Source of the DNA: Camelus dromedarius
Lineage: Eukaryota
DNA: 64,000 nt
Reading direction: 5' to 3'
Assembly: GCF_036321535.1 (NCBI RefSeq)
Contig: NC_087437.1
Location: 71,426,001 to 71,490,000 of the forward strand
Shown here: piece after piece, positions 53,996 to 64,000 of the stretch
How positions within the stretch are numbered: position 1 is the stretch's first letter
Layout of the letters: each line of letters begins with the position of its first letter
The notes under the pieces: model-generated
Told to the model about the DNA's origin: nothing
Database searches by the model: none
Seen by the model: only the letters and a program-made list of their open reading frames with translations
Program-made: the position numbers and the translations under genes

Positions 53996-54553
53996 CCTGT
54001 GTCAAATGTATATTCTATTTGATATGCATGGTATTTGCATATTTTGATACTTCCTTAGAATAAATTCCTAGAGTGAGATACGTTGGACAAAAGGAGATGT
54101 ATACTCTTTAGACTTTTTTTTAGTACTTAGTGCTAGATTGTCTTTCAGAGATACTGTATCTGTTTTCATCCCTGCCAGCAGAGTATGAAAATCTTATTTG
54201 CCACCCTTTTGCCAATTAGGTATCGTCACTCTTTTTGATCAGTAATAGATACCTTTAAGTTTTTCTGAAAATTTTGCCATTTATGGAAAATATTATTCTG
54301 GCCTTCTTAGTAATTGTTGTTTACTGTATTTGTCTCTAAATATATACAATTGTATAAGAGCTATGAGTTGGAATCTGGATGGAATGACTGGCAAAATCTG
54401 CTTAAAAGTGGTAATCTTCATAGGAATAGAAAATCACTTAAGAAAGGGTTGGATTTATCAATCATGTAAAAAAGGCTTTGTACCCTTTTAATATGTTAAT
54501 CTTAACAAATGAAGCTAATTATATTTTATTGAGTACATTTTGGTTTGTTCCAG

Positions 54554-54690
54554 TAGCCGGATCGAGCTGGGAGATGTGACACCACACAATATTAAACAGT
54601 TGAAGAGATTAAACCAGGTCATCTTTCCAGTCAGCTACAATGACAAGTTCTACAAAGATGTGCTGGAGGTTGGCGAGCTAGCAAAACTTG
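54554..54690 (+). CDS. NAA50: NAA50 exon 2 (137 nt; alternative acceptor would start at 54557)
   Basis: ttccag|TAGCCGGATCGAG...AAACTTG|gtatga; SRIELGDVTPHNIKQLKRLNQVIFPVSYNDKFYKDVLEVGELAKL. Confidence 0.97.
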
Positions 54691-55117
54691 GTATGATATG
54701 TTTTTCTTCCCCCACCCCTTCCCTTCAATTGTTTATTCATGTTCTTCACCCCTAATTTTTAATATGGGGAGGGGAACAGTTAACTGATGTAATCTCCTAG
54801 TTTTACAACAAGTGAGAAATAGGGCTGACCAAGTTCTGAGAAAAATCAAGATAACATACTTGAATTTTAAAAGGAAATGCTAAATATCTTTTCTTATTTA
54901 GGCTATGTCTGTATTTTCACATATTTAACTTTACTCTAGAGGAGGCTTAAATTCTTAAGGTATGGGATATTTTTGAGGCTTACTGATGTTCAAAGTAGCT
55001 GATAAAATTTAATGCTGATAGCAACAATTTAGTCCTTATAGAAAGGGAGGGGAAAAAAATCAACAAAAAGTGTCATTTTGTCTGTTGAACTTTGTATCTT
55101 TATATTTTCCATGGCAG

Positions 55118-55237
55118 CCTATTTCAATGACATTGCAGTAGGTGCAGTATGCTGTAGGGTGGATCATTCACAGAACCAGAAGAGACTTTACATCATGACG
55201 CTAGGATGTCTGGCACCATACCGAAGGCTAGGAATAG
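55118..55237 (+). CDS. NAA50: NAA50 exon 3 (120 nt)
   Basis: ggcag|CCTATTTC...GGAATAG|gtaaaa; AYFNDIAVGAVCCRVDHSQNQKRLYIMTLGCLAPYRRLGIG with the GNAT acetyl-CoA motif RRLGIG. Confidence 0.97.
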
Positions 55238-55685
55238 GTAAAATTGTTTGTGTTTTTGTCCCTGTTTTTATTTTTTTCTTCAAAGAAACATAAGTACATT
55301 GCTACAGTTTCTGACCCAGTAAGTCAAACTGTTTCTTCTAGGAATATTGGGAAAGGGATACTGAATTACTTGTAAAATAAGGTGAAAAAGAACTGTTTAT
55401 TTGTTAACATAATTCAATCGAAAGCCCTTTATATATTTGTTATTAATATCCTTTTTGCCTTTTCTGTTTTCCTTCTTCCTGGAAGGGCTGTATATAAAGA
55501 TTGCTTTTCTGCTACCAGTTTGAAACACAGTAGGTAATGTAGAGAGAACAATTTTGGAAATTCAGGATGTTTAGTGTTTACCTCAGATTCTATTAGGACT
55601 CAGTAAGTGTCAAGGTGGGGGTTGGATGTATATAATTTAAAGATTGATTTTTATGAGATTACTTACTTCTTTGTCTTGTTAATAG

Positions 55686-55752
55686 GAACTAAAATGTTAA
55701 ATCATGTCTTAAACATCTGTGAAAAAGATGGCACTTTTGACAACATCTATCT
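55686..55752 (+). CDS. NAA50: NAA50 exon 4 (67 nt)
   Basis: taatag|GAACTAAAATG...ATCTATCT|gtaagt; TKMLNHVLNICEKDGTFDNIYL; too short for the ORF track. Confidence 0.96.
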
Positions 55753-56460
55753 GTAAGTAAAGTCATATTTAATCTTCTTATCTAAAGAATTTAATAAATT
55801 GGCAATGAAAAGTTTTACAAGAAAATCTAAAATCCAGTCACTCCATTGTCTTTTGGAAATACCATAGAAGTAGTAGTTAGAAGTTTATTTTGTTTTGGTT
55901 TAATAATAGACAAGGAGCCTGGGAGATAAACATTCTCGTTTTGCTTTATTACGTTGGAGTGGGAGCTCCAAACTCACAGATGTGAAACCAAGATTAAAAT
56001 TCAAGTCTTCATCATTTGCGAAATTAATACCATTAATATTACTTTTCTCATGCCATCTGTTTGCACTCTCTGAGTTCTGCTCAAGGCTCAGTGACATGCT
56101 CAGTTAGTAGTAGAATTTAATAGTCAAAGTCAGAGAGTACCTAGCTGATCTGTACTTGGATCTTAAGAGACCTCAGAGACAAGGCTGGGATCACAACTGT
56201 GGAGTCTTTAAAGTACAGATACTAAGATTATTCTCGTTTTCACTTTGGCAGGGGAGAGAGTAAATTATATAATGCTCTTTTGAGGAGTAATTGAGGAAGC
56301 ACAAATTATTTACTATCAAAATCTAGCATGTTTTTTATCAGTTAGAAGGAGGATATATTCAAGCATTTGAGACCCTAGTCTTTGTTTTTTATGTGTTATT
56401 ACAGGAATCTTTCTCCCCTTACAATACAAAATGTTATGATAGCTAGGGTACTTTAACCTT

Positions 56461-56500
56461 GACTGACTGACTGACTGACTGATTGATTGATTGATTGATT
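56461..56500. repeat. Compound (GACT)5(GATT)5 tetranucleotide microsatellite at SINE tail
   Basis: Direct read. Confidence 0.93.
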
Positions 56501-56618
56501 TGGTGGGGGTGGAGGGGAGGTAATTAGGTTTATTTATTTTAACTGAGGTACTGGGGATTGAACCCAGGACCTCATGCATGCTAAGCATGCATTCTACCAC
56601 TGAGCTATTCCCTCCCCC
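56501..56618 (-). mobile_element. Vic-1-like SINE in NAA50 intron 4
   Basis: Minus strand GGGGGAGGGAATAGCTCAGTGGTAGAATGCATGCTTAGCATGCATGAGGTCCTGGGTTCAATCCCCAGTACCTC...AAACCTAATTACCTCCCC. Confidence 0.9.
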
Positions 56619-56891
56619 AATCTTGATTGATTTTAAGAGTAAGCACTATTCCTGCATTTCCTAATCTCAGCCAGCTATCTTGCAAATGTTAAGAGTTAGA
56701 AGTGTAAATTTGTTATCAAAAGTTTCCCTGAAATGAATACCTAAATCTTTGTTGATTACTAAAGAGAATCTAAAATATCTGCGGTATTCCAGTGCCAACC
56801 AATTTGAAGCTATCTGTGAAGGACAGATAAAAGCTGATGGAATCTTAATTTATTTTTATTTATTTTTTTCTGTTGCCCTGTTATATCTCAG

Positions 56892-57069
56892 GCATGTCCA
56901 GATCAGCAATGAGTCTGCAATTGACTTCTACAGGAAGTTTGGCTTTGAGATTATTGAGACAAAGAAGAACTACTATAAGAGAATAGAGCCTGCAGATGCT
57001 CATGTGCTGCAGAAAAACCTCAAAGTCCCTTCTGGCCAGAACGCAGATGTGCAAAAGACAGACAACTGA
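56892..57069 (+). CDS. NAA50: NAA50 exon 5 coding part to TGA; spliced CDS 510 nt = 169 aa N-alpha-acetyltransferase 50 (NatE catalytic subunit)
   Basis: tctcag|GCATGTCCAG...GACAACTGA; HVQISNESAIDFYRKFGFEIIETKKNYYKRIEPADAHVLQKNLKVPSGQNADVQKTDN*; 8+137+120+67+178=510. Confidence 0.97.
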
Positions 57070-59900
57070 ACAAGTTACAAATGAACTTTCTTGCACTTGC
57101 TTGTCGCCAAATAAAAGAGAGGCCCATTGATTTTTCCCCCCTCTTTCTTTCAAAGCCTTCCCCCTTCCTTATTCTTGTTTTTCCTCTTTTCCTTCCTTCC
57201 CTTTCGCTAAAAGTTTTAAACTTTCAAGGACTTTGAAAATTAATCATGTTTGGGTTGTTTTAGTTTTCCTATTTTTGTGAGGTGTTTTGATTGTAGGAAG
57301 GAAAAGGTATAGATCTGTTTAGTTTCACAGTTAAGATATATGGTCTCAAAATTGGGGTGTCAATTTCTTTTTCCTTAAGTGTCCTGCTTTCACATTGAAG
57401 GGCAGAGTCTACAAAGTATTGTATATTTCAAAGGACAAAAAGAAGCAGCAGCAATATCCTGTCCTCTAATTCATAGACAAGTTTAGTGTGCTTGTGGTAC
57501 TTTGGATGTTTCAAGACTGTTTGTGGGATACTAATCCCTGTACATTGCCTTCACTCCACCTTTTGTCCTTCTGAGTATTATCTCAGGAGTTGGACCATTG
57601 TTATCCTTGTAAGAAATACTAAGCTTATTTTGTTCTGTTCAGCAGTTATTTCTTCCTTCCTTGCTGGCGGCTGAGGGTGGGTGGGACAGTTTGGGTAGGT
57701 AGTGTTATACTTTGGTCTCAGTATTTGAGTTAAACTGCTTTTTTGCTAATGAGTGGGCTGGTTGTTGGCAGGTTTACTTTTCCTGCTGTTGATTGTTATT
57801 AGTGGCATTAACTTTTAGAGTGTGGGCTGGTGAGATTAATTTTTTTTTAATATCCCAGCTAGAGATAAGTCCTTTAACTAACCTAAAGAGGTTTGTTGTG
57901 ATTCGCTTTTTTTTTTTCTCCTGTCCTTTTTCTTCAGTAAACCCACAATAGTTAGTCTAACCTTAAAAAATGGAGTTGATGTCCTTATAGATCAATGCCC
58001 CTAAATAAACCTGAAACAGGTATTGTCTCTTGGACATATTTAAAAATACCTAAAAGGAAGCTTAGATGGACTTGTGACACAATAAATTCATTTAAAGTCA
58101 GCTAATGCAGGCTGTTAGAAGTGTGGCCACTGAGCATTTGATTATATAGGAAAGAATATCTAGACAGTATTTTTGAGAATAACATAGTTGTGCTATTGCT
58201 TATCTGTTGGAGAACATCCCAGATTTGCTTACATTCTGTGCCTATGATATTGAGTTTAAGGATTTGGGGGAGTGGGGATTGTTAAACATACTGCTTCTAT
58301 TCTTGGAAAAGTGAGTGTTAATAACGCAAATGTCACTGTGACCTCCTCTACTGACGGGACTGGTTTATGTCCGATCATTTTCTGGCACATAGGGAGTAGC
58401 TTTGACAGGTTGATAACTTTCTGTAAGATAGAAGACATTTGAATTTTCATGTTTTCCTCCATAGTCCCATCTCCAATATTTAAAATTTTCTAGATTGCCA
58501 ATACTGGTGGCCCAAGAAATGTTTTCATTAGACTTAATTAAAACAATGCACAGGGCTTGAATTTTCATTTGACTTTGAAAGGAAGATTGATTCATAATAT
58601 TTATCCTCTTATGTAAATTCTGGCATAAAAGTCTCATCTCTCCAAATATGTTGAGTGACAAAATTATTTTACATGATGCTTATGCACATTTTATGATCTT
58701 AAGTTCTTATTTGAGAATGTGAAAGTACAAGGTATAGTAGACTTCAACAGTCTTAGTTGAGTGCCAAGAATAATATAGAAAAGGAAGATATTTGAAGAAT
58801 GAGTTTATAGGGTTCTAATCTTAGGATAGTAAAAATGTAGAAAGACTATGCTGGTTTCTTGGGTGTCAGATTATTAAGCAGTCCAAGTCTAAGCTTAGAA
58901 GAATTTAGCATTAAGCACCTTTACCTTCATAGATAAGCTTCAGCTTGCTCTTGCCAAGAGAAGAGTGCTTGAGTTACAGAAGGCATAATTAGTTTGAAGA
59001 ATTCATCCTTTTTGTAAATGTCCAGATATCATAATAGATTTTGATATATAAATGAGTTTTGTGAGATGACACTGCCTCTATTTCTATAACCATTTCACCT
59101 GGACTATCTACTCAGTCCTATGAATGTATCCCTAAATGTGGTTATTGAAAACCGAATAGCTGCCTCATGACAATTAAGTACATGTTATTTATGGAGGAAA
59201 AAATATAAAATTTTGAACTGAGTGTGTAGGCTCCCTATCATAGTGTTTCTTTTTTCACACTAGTCAATGACTTTCACCTAAATTGTAAATGTTTGTAAAG
59301 GGTTAATTGTCCTACTTCAAACTTATATTAATTCCATCCACTTAATGGAGGAGGAGGATGTAGAAAAGGTAGAAGCTGGGCACTAGTTCATATGCTTATG
59401 GGTCAGTAAAGACTGAAATAATGTCCCATGTTGAGTTGGTTATTTTGAAACATGATAAAAATTATCAGTGAGGTAAAACAATTCTTTTAACTGGAAGATC
59501 ACAGGATATATCCATCATTTTTTTCAGGACAGATAGTTTTTTCTGTGGGGCAAATAGGTTAAAAATTATACTGTATGGTAGTTGCATTGAGGTTCTAAAG
59601 AAAAGAATCTGCTGAGTAATCTATGCAATATATAATTTGTCCAGATTAGTTTTCATTTTGGGAAAGAAGTTCTGAAATACCCCCAAAGCAGTTTATTCAT
59701 CAATTGAAAGTCCTCCAAAAACAGAACTATTGGGAAACCATGGTATGTGGGGTGGAAAAGAAAAGCTCCCTCAGTTTTTTGGAGGGAATAACTTTAAAAA
59801 TACTTAAATGGCTAAGTTTACTTGGTGCAGTTAAGATTTAAACTTGTTGATTTTAACATTGCTGTTACATCTGAAATAAACTTATGTGATGTTCTGGTAG
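57070..59900 (+). other. NAA50: NAA50 3'UTR (distal end inferred)
   Basis: About 2.8 kb U-rich stretch without recognisable interspersed repeats; AATAAA at 57110, 58004, 58081 and 59875. Confidence 0.6.
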
Positions 59901-59920
59901 TTATCTGTGATGTCTGGTAA
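59875..59920 (+). terminator. Candidate distal polyadenylation signal of NAA50
   Basis: AATAAA (59875-59880) followed by GT-rich tgtgatgttctggtagttatctgtgatgtctgg. Confidence 0.6.
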
Positions 59921-60476
59921 ATGTCAAAGAAAACCCCATTTTGTGTTGAATTCTGAGATCAGCAACTATATGTAGTCATTGTTTACTATTGCCCATACTA
60001 CGTTATTTATTTTCACCTTTCTTTAAAATCTAACTTTAAAACTAACTAAAATAGGCCAAGTGTAATCAGACCCTCCTAATTCAGACCATTTGGAACTTGC
60101 TACAAACACTGCCCAGAATCTGCAGTTCAGTCCCAGTGAGAGAAAATATAAGATCTAAAGAGCTGTCTTAACTGCTGCTATATTTTGAAATTGTTGTTTT
60201 TAAAAAAAAAAAAACTGACACCTTAGGTTGTCATCTAATTAGCATTGTACATTGACTACAGATAATGTATATTCACATTTTTTTCTCTCAACAGTGAGAA
60301 AGGATAGTTTTGTTGAATGAATTGGGAATTATTTTTTAAGTTTTTTTCTGAGTATCAAACAAACATGAATTTAGAATTTTGTCTTTAACAAAATTAACTC
60401 AATATCTTAGTAAAAAGGGTTAGAATTAGAGTTTTGCTTATTCCATTCAAGAAACAATGGGTGATCTTTGTCAGAT

Positions 60477-60965
60477 GTGTCTTAATCACATAATCCCAAA
60501 ATTTGACAGCTTAAAACAACAAACATTTATCGTCGTATATAGTTTCTGAATCTGCAGTCCAAGGGCAGCTTAGCTGGATGGCTCTGGCTTGAGGTCTCAT
60601 CGGGTTACAGAACTGTCAGCCAGGGCTGCATCATCTTGAAGGCTTGACTAGGGCTGGGTGAGCCACTTCTGAGATGACTGACTCACTTGGCTATTGGAGG
60701 AACTCAGTTCCTCACTATGTGGGTGTCTCCACAGGGCTGCCTGTCTTAACAGCTGGCAGCTGGCTTGCCCCAGAGCAAGTGATCCAAGAGAGTGAGCAGA
60801 AACCATACGCTTGTATGACCTACCTTCAGAATAACATACCTATTATTTCTGCCATATTTCGTTAGTTACACAGACCAACTATTGTACCAGCCTGGTACAG
60901 TTTGGGAGGAGAATACACAGGATATTAATACCAGAAGGTGGAGATCAGTGGACCTGGCTGCCACA
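60477..60965. mobile_element. Old MaLR LTR (MLT1F/G/H-like)
   Basis: cagcttaaaacaacaaacatttat...ggcagcttagctggatgg...gaaggcttgactagggctgg...ccccagagcaagtgatccaagag. Confidence 0.75.
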
Positions 60966-63900
60966 TTATGCTTGGAGAAAATGTTGGACTTTGTTGACAA
61001 CCAAAGCAAGAAAGTTGGAAAAGACTCTTCTAAAGGGCTTAATTTGCTAAATGAAGGTTAGAAAGTGCTGCTATTCAGAATGTTAAAGAAATAGGGAGTG
61101 GGCCTAATAGTTCTGCTCTTATAACTGAGTTTTTCAGCTAGGTGGACTCATAACACTAATCCATTTCCCAGATAGGTGCTTTTCTAGCTGTGTGATGTGA
61201 ACATTCCTGGGAAGTTGGGTACTGTAGTGAGTAGGAGTGGTGAGCCTATGAGAATTTTTTCGGGAAATAAACCGTGTGGCAGAGGGTCCTGAATTGGACT
61301 TCCCTTACAATGCTGTACTATAGGAATTTAGTCCTAGTTTAAGATACAGCCAAGTAGCATAGCCCTATGGAAAAAAGGCCTTGAGTCAGATTTTTAAATG
61401 TATGTGTAGTTATTTTGATAGAACATTGAGGAATGTGAAGTCAGAGAATACGAAATCTGTTACTGGGACAGAAGTTCTCAACCTTTCCAATTCTCTAAAT
61501 TTAAAACAGTTTCCTCAGTGAAAACTATTCATCTAGAATCAAAGTCCGCTTCAGGAATAGTTGAGAGCATAAAGTTAGTAAGAATCAATAACTGCTTTAA
61601 CAGCCTAGAATTTAAATCTCAAAGAAATATGGCCTGTTTTACATTAATTTGTGATGGAAGCTTAAGTCCAACATTTGGGAAGATACAGTCTATTGGGGAG
61701 AAGGGATGTTTTGGAATTTGTGGACTTTGAATTAGATTTTCCTGATTTATTGAAAGTAATTTGCTGCATAGCTGAATTTAGTCACAGCTTTTACTCTTAT
61801 TTGCTATCTTCAAAAACTCAAGACATATGAGTTTATAAAGGAATCTAAGTAATATAAATTAAATCGTGTGTTAAATCGCTGAGCTTCAAAAAGATACCTG
61901 ACTATAATGTTTTTCTTTGTTTTTAATGTAAAAATTAATACCTTTGAAAGGGCACAGGAAGCTATATACCATTTTAAGGAAAGAAGGTACTCTGCTTAAA
62001 AGTTAATTTAACTATAGAGGAGGTGCAGGATACAATGTTTTTCTTCGTTTCCTTGACCAAACTTATGAGCTCATCTAGTTAGTTCATCTTTTAGAAACCA
62101 AATTGGCAATATTAAAAGTTCTCTATGAATATTTGAACAATCTTGAATCCTATTCGTCACTAGCAGGCTGTATACTAAAGTAAAATCAAACTGTCTGTAC
62201 TAAAATAAGACAGGTAATACAAGCATAGCTGCTTATGCAGGTGAAATTTGAATACACAACTTAAAGTAATTAGTATACAGAACAGTAAAATCTGGTAAGA
62301 TGAGGGCTTTATTATAGCACCCTAAAAGCAGTTTCATAACTTTATCCTTACCATCTCCTTTGTGTGAAAGTTATCTGCCTTTCGCTGACGTAAATTGTTT
62401 TTGAGTTTATTGAGCACCTGCTATTTTAAGCTCTAGGGATGTGTAAATGAACCAGGCAGATAATCATGGTCTCTTTAAAGGGAAGTAAAATTCTAATTTA
62501 TGTAGAATTCATGTCTAAGTAGAGGCCAGCTTTACTAAAATAACAGCCGCGGTCTCCAAGGATCTTGAATTTAACTTCGAAAGAAACTTAGTGGAGAGGA
62601 ATATTCTGTACACTGACTTGATTTCTTTTAACATTGGTTTGAGTATAAACAAGCCTAATTCCCATAGAAGAGCTGAGACTAAAAGTATGAAAAGGAGTGC
62701 AAAAGGTATACAAATTCAGAATTTATATAACAGAGACCATACAACCTACATTGTGGAGCTGCTGTTTGTCCCCCTGGACTGAGCCTATCCCATTGTAAAC
62801 TGCCTTGAGAAAGCTACAATTTAGAAACAGCAGACCAGCTCAACTGCATTTTAGCTGGAGATTATATTATCAGCCAAGTTAGGAAAGATCTTCCACACAA
62901 TTTGACCTTTAGCATCAGGATCCAAAGAGTAAATTTCTTCCTCCCTAGGTCTTCATCATTTTGGTTTCTATTCTCTAACACAAACTTCGTCCCCTGATGA
63001 CTGACATTAGGAATGACCACCTATTAGGGACTTGATTCAATTCATTTATTTTACATATAAGCAAGTCTATATGACCTTTGTTTATACTGTGCACATTTCC
63101 TCAGACTTGTGTTATTTAGTTGGTTGTGTTTAGTTTAGTGTAGTTTTAGCAACGAAACTGCCACATACTTGAAAGCTTCCTCTCGCCAAGCCCTCTTTCC
63201 CTATGTAAACTAGTATAATGTCTCTCCTCCAAATCAAAATCCAGCTAATAATATGTAACCTGGGACAAATTTAGAGAATGGTTCCTGGATTACTGCCAGT
63301 CCTTTAAAAAAAAATGTTCCTGTAACTTGTAGAATTCAGTACAGAGATTTGGTCAGGGAGTGTACCCACAAGGGCTCAGGCACTGACAGTACAGCAGTGA
63401 AAGAGAGGGGCATGGCCCTGCCCTGTGATCAGTCAGGTAGGAAACAAACATGACATTGTTTCATTATTCCAGTTGCCATGAGATACTGTGTTGGATTGGG
63501 AGGCGTAATAAACTACGGAATTTTAGAGAAAACATTCAAGTCAATTTTTACTTTGGCTTTCAATACAAAACAAATGTTGGTATTATTCTTTTAATACCTA
63601 AAGGTAGGGGGCAATAGTCACTGTAAAATCTTTAGAACTGAAAAGCCCATGGTATCTCAGCAACATTTCAATACAGAACCAACTAAATTTAATAAAAACT
63701 AGACACAAGTATCAGGAATTCGTAGAAACTATGAGTTTATACAAGACATGAAGTTCCTTTGAAACTTGGTGAATAAACTAATGGAAGAGATAAAGTGATA
63801 TACGACATTCATGAATGTAAATATAAAATGCCTATAAAAATGTCTGCAAAACAGTGAAGTTTTTAAAAATTCTCACAGGCATATCCTTCAGGTAAGTTAT

Positions 63901-64000
63901 AAAAATCACAGAGTTTTAAAAATATGGTCAGATTTAACAAAATTACAAATAATGTGTATTTAAAAGGCCTACAAAATGTTGCATTCAAAGTTACTCTGTT

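Overview
Mammalian genomic DNA, AT-rich and repeat-rich, most likely camelid (alpaca/camel), judged from six tRNA(Ala)-like SINEs resembling the camelid Vic-1 family. It holds a head-to-head gene pair sharing a CpG-island promoter (~32.9-34.75 kb). On the minus strand is ATP6V1A (V-ATPase catalytic subunit A): non-coding exon 1 and coding exons 2-5, continuing off the left edge. On the plus strand is the complete NAA50 gene (5 exons, 169 aa, long 3'UTR). Both long first introns (26.7 kb and 20.2 kb) are filled with L1, L2, MIR, LTR (ERV1/ERVL/MaLR), hAT/Tigger fossils and SINEs. Most ORF-track entries are chance ORFs or decayed L1 ORF2. I found no convincing previously undescribed biological system. 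The best sequence-level observations are a U12-type (minor spliceosome) intron 3 in ATP6V1A, two CLEAR boxes in the shared promoter, a NAGNAG acceptor in NAA50, a tandem ATG-ATG start in ATP6V1A, a twin-primed inverted L1 with target-site duplication (TSD), and an L1/SINE orientation flip across the promoter. Repeat family names and boundaries are by eye and approximate; exon boundaries were checked for splice dinucleotides and phase.
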